From positions 64,001 through 128,000 of the forward strand of contig CAWHVC010000001.1 in assembly GCA_963832745.1 (NCBI GenBank): a DNA stretch of 64,000 nucleotides, given 5' to 3'. The notes beneath the pieces are model-generated. The model ran no database searches. It was not told the DNA's origin and saw nothing but the letters and a program-made list of their open reading frames with translations. Numbering within the stretch: position 1 is the stretch's first letter; each line of letters starts with the position of its first letter. The DNA is from Candidatus Bathyarchaeota archaeon (lineage in GTDB: Archaea; Thermoproteota; Bathyarchaeia; Bathyarchaeales; Bathycorpusculaceae). Position numbers and translations under genes: made by a program. Of the stretch, positions 20,470 to 29,043 are shown in pieces.

Positions 20470-21150
20470 TTGATTATGCTGCCAAAAGTTGTTATTTACG
20501 ATTCCGTTAGCGTCGATGGCGCAATTAAGGATTTCGACGTAAACATCCAACTTCATTACATGATTGCCGCCCGGTTTGCTGCCGACGCTTTCCTTGTGGG
20601 TTCTGTCACTTCAAAGACTGGCATAGAAATGTTCATGCAAACTGTTCCAGCCGAAACGCCAAAAGATTTTGTTAAACCAGTAATCATAGCAGACGATAAA
20701 CGGCCAATATGGGCTATCGTGGACAGCCAAGGCACCATGCAAGGTTTAATGCATGTAAACCGCAGAAGCGAATACACAAAAAACGTTATAGTTCTCATCG
20801 CCAACAGCACACCTAAAACTTATCTGGGCTACCTCAAAGAAAGAAACTATGACATAATCCAAACAGGCGAAAACCACATTGATTTACGCGCGGCACTTGA
20901 AGAATTAAACAGGCAATACGGCGTAAAAACCGTAGTAACTGACACTGGAGGCGTCTTAGCAAGTGCTCTTTTAGAGCAGGGTCTTGCAGATGAGGTACAG
21001 CTTCTTGTCACGTCTGAACTCGTCGGCGAGGGTGCGGTTCACTTATTCCGAAGCCTAAAAAAGAAGGTTAAACTGGAACTGCTTAAAAGTGAAATTTTAG
21101 ATAACGCGCATGTTTTATTGAGCTTTAAAGTATTGAAACAAGTTAGCTAA
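20470..21150 (+). CDS. RibD C-terminal (DHFR-like) reductase domain protein
   Basis: SVSVDGAI, IVDSQG, GGVLASALLEQGLADEV. Confidence 0.8.
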   Translation: MIMLPKVVIYDSVSVDGAIKDFDVNIQLHYMIAARFAADAFLVGSVTSKTGIEMFMQTVPAETPKDFVKPVIIADDKRPIWAIVDSQGTMQGLMHVNRRSEYTKNVIVLIANSTPKTYLGYLKERNYDIIQTGENHIDLRAALEELNRQYGVKTVVTDTGGVLASALLEQGLADEVQLLVTSELVGEGAVHLFRSLKKKVKLELLKSEILDNAHVLLSFKVLKQVS

Positions 21151-21248
21151 CTAAATTGCAACCTATTTACCGCCTATTAGAAACTACATGCCAAAAAAGG
21201 GAAGTATGTGCTATCGACGGCAAAAAACAGACCAAAACATGTTAAAAG

Positions 21249-22426
21249 TTATTTTCTGTCTTCTAAAAATACGTTTAACGCTGAAGGGTCAAAGCACACG
21301 TATACTTTGTCACCGATTGTTACCCCCAATCTTTTAATCACTGAAAAGGCGATTCTTGCTTTTATTAAAAATCCAACGTCAATTGTTACTTGTGCGGTTG
21401 AACGCATTTGCACCATTTCCGCGATTACACCTTGAAGACAGTTGCAGCTTTCCAGCAGGGTTTTGGGGATGACGGGCTGAGTTGTTAGCGTTATATCTTC
21501 TGTTTTTAACGTAAGCGTTACATCTTTGTTTTCCAATTCAGGAGCTGAAACCGTCAACATTGATACTCCGTTAACTTCAACCGTTAGCAGCCCCTCCTGT
21601 ATTTTGCCTGCTTTACCAGAATACGCGTTGATGCCCAAGAACTGTGCAACATAGGTTGATGAGGGTTTGTCAAAGATTTCTGTTCTGCCGCCGACTTGTT
21701 CAATATGTCCGTTTCCCATAACAGCTATTTTGTCTGACATTACAAAGGCTTCACTTAGGTTGTGCGTAACGTAGATTGTAGTCATTTTTAGGGTTTGCAG
21801 ATATTTTTTAAGGTCTAACCTGAAGTTTTCTCTAAGTTGTGGGTCAACAGCTGATACTGGCTCATCAAGCAACAGTACCTGTGGTTCTGTCGCCAATGAC
21901 CTTGCGAGAGCTGCTCGCTGTTTCTGTCCCCCGCTAAGGTGATGAGGATAAAACTTTGAATATTTAGCAAGCCCAATAAAGTTAAGTAGCCGGCGGGTTC
22001 GGTTTTTAATTTCTTGACCTGAAAGATGATGCCTTTTAAACCGTAAGCTATGTTGTCTTCAATACGCATGTGTGGAAACAAGGATATAGTTTGGAAGACA
22101 TAGCCGATTTTGCGTTCTGCAGGGTTAAGAACCACCCTTTTTTCGCCTTTACGACCGTCCACAAGTACGCCGTCGATGTAAAGGTCGCCTTCGTCAGCAT
22201 TTGTTAATCCTGCAATCATGTTCAGAAGTGTGCTTTTTCCTGCACCGTTTGGTCCCAGCAATCCAAAAAGCTCGCCCTTTTTGATTTCAAGATTAAGATT
22301 GTTAACAGCTACAAACGGAACGCCCGTCTTGAAGTTAAAACGCCATCCACTATTCTCCGGATTGGGACGTCTTGTTTTGAATGCTTTGGTCAGGTTGTGG
22401 GTTTCTATGGCGTTATTAGTTTGCAA
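21249..22426 (-). CDS. Chimeric ABC ATPase: exporter-type N-terminus plus ModC/WtpC/CysA-like core with TOBE domain (frameshift at ~22035)
   Basis: RKIGYVFQTISLFPHM, (shifted) LSGGQKQRAALARSLA, LLLDEP, YVTHNLSEA, C-terminal TOBE-like strands. Confidence 0.75.
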
Positions 22427-22536
22427 CCGTTATTTTCCTATAATCATATTTATTCTGTGTAAACCCATATTTAGTTGGACGTTTGGGTTTTAAGATAGTT
22501 TAATTTAAATTATGCCTAATAGGTGGCAACAAATTC

Positions 22537-22603
22537 TTGTTTGTGAAGCAAAAAATTGTTATGCGTCTTTTAGCGTTGATGGCGCGATTAAGGATTTCAA
22601 CGT
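22537..22603 (+). pseudogene. Degenerate duplicate of the 5' end of the RibD-domain gene
   Basis: TTAGCGTTGATGGCGCGATTAAGGATTTCAACGT matches 20507-20540 (TTAGCGTCGATGGCGCAATTAAGGATTTCGACGT); frame disrupted. Confidence 0.75.
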
Positions 22604-22708
22604 TGGGAATGCCAGCATACTTAGATATTGGGTTGTTTTGTGCTGAAATATAAAGGGGTAGATCTGTAATGACGCTTTTTCACCCATTAACATTTTGAAC
22701 TTTGTGGT

Positions 22709-23680
22709 TTAGATTGCAAGCATGTTTGCCAAGTCAAGGAGTCGCAAGTCAATATCCTTCCGCCTTGTTGCGGCATCAATAAGCGGCAAACTTACAATTT
22801 CGCCTTTGTGCAATCCAACGGCTTTGTTGCCTTCACAGGTGCAGATTGATTCAACAGCTTTTTCTGCAAACAGGCTGGCCAAAAACCGGCTGCGCACAGT
22901 TGGGCTTCCGCCGCGCTGAGCATAACCTAATATGGAGAGGCGAACTTCGCTTTCGGTTTGGCGCTGCATTTCTTTTGCCAAAATGCTTGTGTCGCCGATG
23001 CCTTCTGCGGCTACAATGATTCCCGCGTGTTTGCCTTTGCGGCTGTTGTCTTCCATCACCTTCACGACTTCGGCAAGTTTCCATGGTTTCTCAGGAATCA
23101 ATATGACTTCGGCGCCAACGCAGATGCCAACTTCTAACGCTAAGAAACCACGTTTACGCCCCATCACTTCAACAATAAAAACCCGTTCGTGGCTGATGGC
23201 TGTGTCACGGATTTTGTCAACCGCCCCAACAGCCGTGTTAATTGCCGTGTCAAATCCGATGGTTTCATCAGTTCCGTAAACGTCATTGTCTATGGTTGCA
23301 GGGATGCCGACGGTACAAACGCCGCTTTTCTTGCTTAAATCAAGAGCTCCCCTAAAAGAGCCGTCACCGCCGATGACTACCATGGCGTCAACGTTGTTTG
23401 CTTTCAAGTTTTCTGCCGCCTGCTCAACCACCTCAGGCTTCTCAAAACCGGGACAACGCAGTGTGTGCAAAATAGTTCCGCCCTGCTGAATGATTCCGCC
23501 GACGGCGCGAGGTGTCAATTTTTTAAACTGATTCGTAAGTAGCCCGTCCCAGCCGCGTTCAAAACCTAAAACGCAAAGACCCTTGGAGTGAGCGACTCTT
23601 GTTACCGCGCGAATCGCAGCGTTCATTCCTGGGGCGTCGCCGCCTGAAGTTACAATACCCAATGTTTTAGTCAAACACAA
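22709..23680 (-). CDS. pfkA: 6-phosphofructokinase, bacterial PfkA type (probably ATP-dependent)
   Basis: TSGGDAPGMNAA, IGGDGS, PATIDND, EVMGR, LGYAQRGG. Confidence 0.93.
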   Translation of the reverse strand: MCLTKTLGIVTSGGDAPGMNAAIRAVTRVAHSKGLCVLGFERGWDGLLTNQFKKLTPRAVGGIIQQGGTILHTLRCPGFEKPEVVEQAAENLKANNVDAMVVIGGDGSFRGALDLSKKSGVCTVGIPATIDNDVYGTDETIGFDTAINTAVGAVDKIRDTAISHERVFIVEVMGRKRGFLALEVGICVGAEVILIPEKPWKLAEVVKVMEDNSRKGKHAGIIVAAEGIGDTSILAKEMQRQTESEVRLSILGYAQRGGSPTVRSRFLASLFAEKAVESICTCEGNKAVGLHKGEIVSLPLIDAATRRKDIDLRLLDLANMLAI

Positions 23681-23857
23681 TACAACCCGTCTATGCTTCT
23701 AAAGGCTCAAGGAGCATTAAAAATAAAAACTTATCCATATAACTTGACGGCTGGGCAATAGTGTTTCGCGGGATTTAATGGGAAAATTAAGGAATAAGCG
23801 CCTGACCATCCAATAAATTTAAATTCTTTCTCTTAGTCTTTATGAAAAGACTGTCTT

Positions 23858-24011
23858 CGGGAGGTAGCTCAGCCTGGCAGAGCTCTCGAGTCGGCTAACA
23901 CGCTTGGTCGACGGAGAAGCTGTAGAGGTCTACCCATGGTGGGCTTCATTCTAGCCTGTCTAGGCCACAGAAACCGAGCTGTCGCAGGTTCAAATCCTGC
24001 TCTCCCGACCA
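23858..24011 (+). tRNA. tRNA-Tyr(GTA) with two introns (30/31: 23889-23918; 37/38: 23926-23972), CCA encoded
   Basis: Acceptor CGGGAGG/TCTCCCG with C1-G72 and A73 (archaeal Tyr identity); D arm GCTC/GAGC; spliced anticodon arm CTCGG-CTGTAGA-CCGAG; T arm GCAGG-TTCAAAT-CCTGC; both introns form bulge-helix-bulge motifs. Confidence 0.93.
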
Positions 24012-24121
24012 ACACAACTTTTCAAATATTGTCTTTTTTCATAAAAATAAGCTGTGTCTTGATTAAATTATAACCAAGTTACCTAAAAGTAGAAATTAAA
24101 AATAAAGAGAATAAAAACTGG

Positions 24122-24688
24122 TTAGGTGGTTTGTACCAGCGTTTCTGTAATGTAAACTCCTTGGGTTGTGGTGATGACCATTCTGAGAGGCGTTGATAGG
24201 TCGTAAACCATGACTCGATTAGGTACTACAATATAGAATGCCAGTGAATAGCCGGATTTAATTGTTAAGCCTTCGCCTGCAATCTGAAAATCATAGTCCT
24301 TATTGGCTATGGTGATTGTGGTGTTTTCTGACTGGCTAATGTCAGTTGTAAAGGGCAAATCGCCGGGCATGGTTCCGTTAATTTTGCAGTAAGCGACATA
24401 GTTTGATGTGCCGTTCCATTCGCATTGTAGACCTTTAACGTCGATTTTGTTTAAGACGATGTCAGTGGGGCCTGTATCACAAATGGCAATTGCTGCAACG
24501 CTGGTGGTGCTGTTAACGTACCAGATGTGGCTTGTGGCGATGTACATTTTTTCTTTTTGAACTTGGCTGCTTGTTACGTTAGTTGCGAAAAGCACGACGG
24601 TTGTTGATAAAATTACAGCGGCTACGAGAATAATGAGGTTGCCTACAGGTGCGCCGAGTGCTCGTTTGTTGCGTAGGAACCGTCGCAT
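24122..24688 (-). CDS. Type IV pilin/archaellin-like protein with class III signal peptide
   Basis: MRRFLRNKRA|LGAPVGNLIILVAAVILS: basic leader then hydrophobic helix; start moved to the ATG at 24688. Confidence 0.75.
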   Translation of the reverse strand: MRRFLRNKRALGAPVGNLIILVAAVILSTTVVLFATNVTSSQVQKEKMYIATSHIWYVNSTTSVAAIAICDTGPTDIVLNKIDVKGLQCEWNGTSNYVAYCKINGTMPGDLPFTTDISQSENTTITIANKDYDFQIAGEGLTIKSGYSLAFYIVVPNRVMVYDLSTPLRMVITTTQGVYITETLVQTT

Positions 24689-24705
24689 GCTAAAGTGGTT
24701 ATTCA

Positions 24706-24954
24706 TTAGCATTGGGCTCCTTGGGCTTCTAAAGCCATTGGTTCTTCCTGTATGGCGGTTTTTATGTTTGTGCATTCGTCTTTGCTTACTCGCAGGTAGG
24801 TTAAGGATTTGCATTGATAGATGACTTGTGCACCGTTTTTGTTATTTACGTATTTTAGAAGGTTTAGGTATTGTTTTTCGGTGCCTTTGATTATTAGGGC
24901 GATGTAGAAATAGGGTTCTGCGGAATTTGGTTTGGTTTTTTTGTTATTTTCCAT
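24706..24954 (-). CDS. Small hypothetical protein
   Basis: 82-aa ORF with GAGG upstream, co-oriented with the pilin-like gene. Confidence 0.5.
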   Translation of the reverse strand: MENNKKTKPNSAEPYFYIALIIKGTEKQYLNLLKYVNNKNGAQVIYQCKSLTYLRVSKDECTNIKTAIQEEPMALEAQGAQC

Positions 24955-25065
24955 TTTATTCCTCGTTCAATTCATCATGCTTTTGGCACGAAGCATTAAG
25001 TATTGAATATTAAGTCTTAATAAAGATTATTGTTCAGTATTTACAAACAAAAAAACAAATCAATA

Positions 25066-25551
25066 TCAGCAATACATCAACACAACCTCATAAGGAAAAA
25101 ACCAAACCCTACGATACAACTCAAAAACACGCCAACCAAAAAACCGCAATAACCCCAAAAAACCAACACGCAAAAAACCCGCACCCTCAAAAGTCCCAAT
25201 CGAACCAACATTCCCACGGCCAGCCGTAGCAAAAACCCTGACAGCACCCCGACCAACAAGCCATTCCACCCCAGCCTTAACCAAACCCCCAGCCAAGCCC
25301 ATCCTCCGAAAATCAGGGTGAACAGCAAGCCAAAAAACACATCCAAAACGAGCACCACCAACCATAAACTCAGTCAACCTAGCAAAACCGGCAACCTCAC
25401 CGTTAACCATACTAACCAATACAGCACCCTTCTTAGAAGCTACGCTACGAGAGGAAAAGAACCTGTAAAACCTTGGAAAAGAAATGTTGATAATTTCTTT
25501 AATTTGCGCCTGGTCCCTTGATGTGGCGGGTCTTATGGTTGGGGTATTCAC
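25066..25551 (-). CDS. GNAT family N-acetyltransferase
   Basis: LAVHPDFRRMGLAGGL acetyl-CoA motif; N..S..FEGAGF. Confidence 0.82.
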   Translation of the reverse strand: MNTPTIRPATSRDQAQIKEIINISFPRFYRFFSSRSVASKKGAVLVSMVNGEVAGFARLTEFMVGGARFGCVFWLAVHPDFRRMGLAGGLVKAGVEWLVGRGAVRVFATAGRGNVGSIGTFEGAGFLRVGFLGLLRFFGWRVFELYRRVWFFPYEVVLMYC

Positions 25552-25610
25552 TTGAGCAACTCCAAGAAGCTTAACATGAAAAAAGAAATGGTTATCTTAA
25601 AAATGTTGAC

Positions 25611-26678
25611 TCATGGCATTGAGGTTGTGGGTGGCAAGGTTGTTTCTTGTGGTTTTTTGCGTGAAAAGATTAGGCTTGTCGATTTGATGATTTGTGGCAG
25701 CCCAATAAGGTCTTCTAAGATTAGTATGCCTCGTGCAAGTAAAGCAAAAACTGCTGCTGGACCCGCAGCGACTCCAAGTAACCCAAAAATACCGATGATT
25801 CCGAATTCTTGCACGCCTGTTCCTGCAGGGGTAATAGGTACAAATGCGAGTGCAGTTACAAGTGGATGAATCAGGAAGTACGCTATCCATGGAACAAATG
25901 TTATTCCAAGAGCAAGCCCCAAAAAGTACCATTCAAACCCTTTAAGAATCCAGCATGCAAGAGTTAAAACCGTTATTTCAGGGATTGCACTTCGGGTGCT
26001 GTGGGAACTTTCTTTGTATTCTTCAAGTTTACACATTAATCCGCCGGTAAATCTTTTTAGGAAACGAATTTTTGCTATGCGGTCAAAGATTGAGATTGCT
26101 CTTTTAGACCAAGTGAAAAGCGCCATTATGACTGCGCCTGTAAGCATCAAGGCTATGCCTAATCCAGCGATAAGAGTAAAGGTGTCGTTCCATGTTCCGG
26201 TTGGGGCAAACTTGACAAGGTAGATTAATGCGCCGACTCCACCGACTACTTTAACCAAAAACTCTATCGTTTGTATGCCTAAAATTGATGAAAGCCCTTT
26301 TGAAGCTGGAACTTTTTGGTCGCTTAGGTAAACAGGTGTAAGAATGTAGCCTGAACGTCCAGGGGTAACGTCGCTTGTAAGCATGCCCGCGTATTGGGCA
26401 AGTAATGTTTTTCCGAAAGAAGTTTTTACGTGTTCTTTGGCGAGAACTCTTCGCAGCCGGAAAGTGAAGATGAGGTTTATTCCAAAATACATCAGAAAAG
26501 CCAACGCCAAGTATTCAACTTTGATTGTGAGTAACGCGTCATACAAGGCGGTTATGCCCACGTACCAGAGCAATGCGGCAAACATTGCAATCATGACTGC
26601 TACTTGAAGGAAAATTTTTAAGAAGCGTTTGGTTGAGCTCTGCTGCTTTTGGTCGCACTGCATATCTTGATTGGGCAT
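25611..26678 (-). CDS. Lysylphosphatidylglycerol synthase TM / flippase-like (UPF0104) membrane protein
   Basis: TPGRSG and PITPAGTGVQE motifs, many TM helices. Confidence 0.82.
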   Translation of the reverse strand: MPNQDMQCDQKQQSSTKRFLKIFLQVAVMIAMFAALLWYVGITALYDALLTIKVEYLALAFLMYFGINLIFTFRLRRVLAKEHVKTSFGKTLLAQYAGMLTSDVTPGRSGYILTPVYLSDQKVPASKGLSSILGIQTIEFLVKVVGGVGALIYLVKFAPTGTWNDTFTLIAGLGIALMLTGAVIMALFTWSKRAISIFDRIAKIRFLKRFTGGLMCKLEEYKESSHSTRSAIPEITVLTLACWILKGFEWYFLGLALGITFVPWIAYFLIHPLVTALAFVPITPAGTGVQEFGIIGIFGLLGVAAGPAAVFALLARGILILEDLIGLPQIIKSTSLIFSRKKPQETTLPPTTSMP

Positions 26679-26756
26679 GATTGTTAGGAATAACTGTTGC
26701 GGGTTAAATGGGTTATGGAAAATTCACGTTAAAAAGCCCTGCTCATTTAGACTGAC

Positions 26757-26957
26757 TTATGGTCTAACGCATTCAGCTTTTGGCCTGTAGGGTCGTTTGG
26801 TTGTTCTTTTACGGTGATGATATGGACATTCGTTTATCCGCATTAGTATCCAGCCTTTATCCTGATATACGCAGCCGCATGGTAAACGCGTTATTTTCTG
26901 TTCTTCAACGGGGTTGCTTGATTTTGCTGCGTCAACCATTTTTGTGTCATTCTTCAA
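26757..26957 (-). CDS. Small Cys/His-rich hypothetical protein
   Basis: LPCGC...ECPYHH possible metal-binding motif. Confidence 0.45.
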   Translation of the reverse strand: MKNDTKMVDAAKSSNPVEEQKITRLPCGCVYQDKGWILMRINECPYHHRKRTTKRPYRPKAECVRP

Positions 26958-27021
26958 ATATGTTTTTTTTAATTAATTAACTTAACCAAAAAATGAGGAT
27001 AAAAAAATGGTTTGGGTTTGT

Positions 27022-27813
27022 TTACATGTTAGCTGCTACTGTTGAGAGGTCAGCTATGTCGATTTGAAAGTTGCCGTTGAAATCCATTTGTGCGTCATAG
27101 TTTCCCCAGCCGGGCGTTGCACGGAAGCAGGTTGCAATCTGGTTTAGGTCAGCGCGTGTTACTTTGGTTGCACTTTGGTCGATGATTGCGAACCGGTTGA
27201 ATGCTGCTTGTCTTGTTAAGGTGCGGGATACTGTGCCGCTCAGTGAGTCTTGGCCGTTAATGTTTAGTGTGAATTGTGTCCAGTTGTCTGTTATGCTTAG
27301 TTCACCGTATGCTTGAGTGATTTTGGTGTCTGAGTCGCGGTGGACGCTGATGATTGTGTTGTTTTCGTCGGTGATTACGGTTATTGTGCTTGTTACGTTG
27401 TAAAGGTTCCATGTGCCGTTAAGGAAGTAGTCGGTGTCGCTGATGCTGAATTCTGAAACGGATGCAGCGTTTAGTCTTGCTGCGTAGAATGTGTAGGTAA
27501 AGTTTTCTTTTGCTTGTACGTTGCTGATTGGGCGTGAATTGTTGGTTGTCCAAATGGCGGTTGCAGAGGTTAATTCCCGCATGTCTTCGCTTGCAAGCAG
27601 GGTTGTTCGGGATCTGGTTTGAAGCAGACCGTTAACGTCCTGTGTGCCCCATGTGTCTATGACGCCGTTTATGCGTACCCATGTTTTCTGTAGGGGCTTG
27701 TTTGAGTTTTCGCCGTGGTTTTGTGCTGCAGCTGCAAAGTTTACGGCTAAGCTTAGGCTGCTGATTAGAATGATTGATGCTACTGTGATTGCGATTATTG
27801 ATGATTTTTTCAT
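27022..27813 (-). CDS. Secreted protein with C-terminal dockerin-like domain
   Basis: Signal peptide; many N-x-S/T sequons; C-terminus KVTRADLNQIATCFRATPGWGNYDAQMDFNGNFQIDIADLSTVAANM. Confidence 0.75.
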   Translation of the reverse strand: MKKSSIIAITVASIILISSLSLAVNFAAAAQNHGENSNKPLQKTWVRINGVIDTWGTQDVNGLLQTRSRTTLLASEDMRELTSATAIWTTNNSRPISNVQAKENFTYTFYAARLNAASVSEFSISDTDYFLNGTWNLYNVTSTITVITDENNTIISVHRDSDTKITQAYGELSITDNWTQFTLNINGQDSLSGTVSRTLTRQAAFNRFAIIDQSATKVTRADLNQIATCFRATPGWGNYDAQMDFNGNFQIDIADLSTVAANM

Positions 27814-27895
27814 TTGTTTTTCCTTCTGAACTTGGTTGTTTGAGTTTACTGATAAAAGCGTTTCTGAGCTTCTTTTTGGTTAATAGGTTTGTTAA

Positions 27896-27935
27896 TGGTT
27901 CATTTTTGTTCATTATTGTTCATTTGGGTTCAGAA
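27896..27935. repeat. Four direct GTTCA repeats at exact 10-bp period
   Basis: GTTCA at 27898, 27908, 27918 and 27928. Confidence 0.85.
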
Positions 27936-28104
27936 AAAGTTTTGAAGGCGTAATTGTGTTCTGTGGTAGTTTATGAACGGTTTTCAGCCATTCTTTTCCT
28001 TAGTTTGCGGCTGTGTTGTTTGCTGTTTTTAGGGTTATGCGGCGGGCGATTAACATTAGTTTGGATGTATAATTTTTAAATACCCATACATCATAAAAGT
28101 CACC

Positions 28105-29043
28105 ATGCAAGTTAACCGCATAGTTGCCTACTGTGCCCTCTCACTAATGCTTCTAACGTTGCTGCTTGTTCACAGTGCAAACGCGCAAGACTACACAGAA
28201 TACAAAATAAGCATCAACCAAGACAACTCGGCAACATGGCAAGTAACTAAAGTGTCAGATATCAACGCTCCAATAGACACTTGGGAAAGCTTCCAAACCA
28301 AAATCTACGACCTCACCGACAACGCAGCAGCAATAACAAAACGGCACACTACAATTGACCAAAACTCGCTTCAAATAAACACCACAATCTCCGCATCATC
28401 AAAAACCACCGAATACATGTTTATCTGGCAAAACTTCAGCACAACCCAAGACGGCAAGACGGTTTTTGGCGATGTTTTCTCTGTTAACGGCTTCTTTACC
28501 AACCTCTATGGTGAAGCCTCACTGCAAATAAATTATCCACCCAATTTCTCAGTGCAATCAGTTACGCCTGAACCCAACAGCCAAGATGCAGCCGCTGGTA
28601 GCCTGCGATGGTACAGAACCCAAGATTTAGAAAACAACCCAACAAAAATTGTTCTAACAGAAACAGAAAACAATCCCGCCCTAAACTTTGCTTCACAGCG
28701 TCCTTTGCTGTTGCTTGCAGTTTCAGGTGCAGGTATCGCTGGGGTGTTGGGTGCGTCATTTTTGATTCTTAAACGGCGACGGCAGTCTCGTCAAGTCAGT
28801 ACACTAAATGAGGTGCCTGTGATTGTGGTTCAAAGTGAAGAAGACAAAATCCTAAACCTTCTACGAGCAGCCAAGGGCAGTATGCGTCAATCCGACATAA
28901 CCGAGCAGTGCAGGTTCTCTAAGGCTAAAACAAGTCAACTCTTAACTGCATTGGAAAAAAGAGGCGCCGTAACAAGGCTTAAGAGCGGTAGAGATAAAAT
29001 AGTGACCCTAAAAGACGGGGTTAAAGGAGAAAAAACGAAATGA
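28105..29043 (+). CDS. Membrane-anchored protein: signal peptide, extracellular domain, TM helix, cytoplasmic winged HTH
   Basis: Signal peptide ending ANA; TM PLLLLAVSGAGIAGVLGASFLILKRRR; EDKILNLL...MRQSDITEQCRFSKAKTSQLLTALEKRGAVTRLKSGRDKIV. Confidence 0.8.
   Translation: MQVNRIVAYCALSLMLLTLLLVHSANAQDYTEYKISINQDNSATWQVTKVSDINAPIDTWESFQTKIYDLTDNAAAITKRHTTIDQNSLQINTTISASSKTTEYMFIWQNFSTTQDGKTVFGDVFSVNGFFTNLYGEASLQINYPPNFSVQSVTPEPNSQDAAAGSLRWYRTQDLENNPTKIVLTETENNPALNFASQRPLLLLAVSGAGIAGVLGASFLILKRRRQSRQVSTLNEVPVIVVQSEEDKILNLLRAAKGSMRQSDITEQCRFSKAKTSQLLTALEKRGAVTRLKSGRDKIVTLKDGVKGEKTK

Noticed and set aside
23901-23912. Reading the tRNA as Pro (TGG) or another isotype from triplets in the first insert
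   Set aside because: Those triplets lie within BHB-defined intron 1; the spliced anticodon is GTA and C1-G72/A73 indicate Tyr
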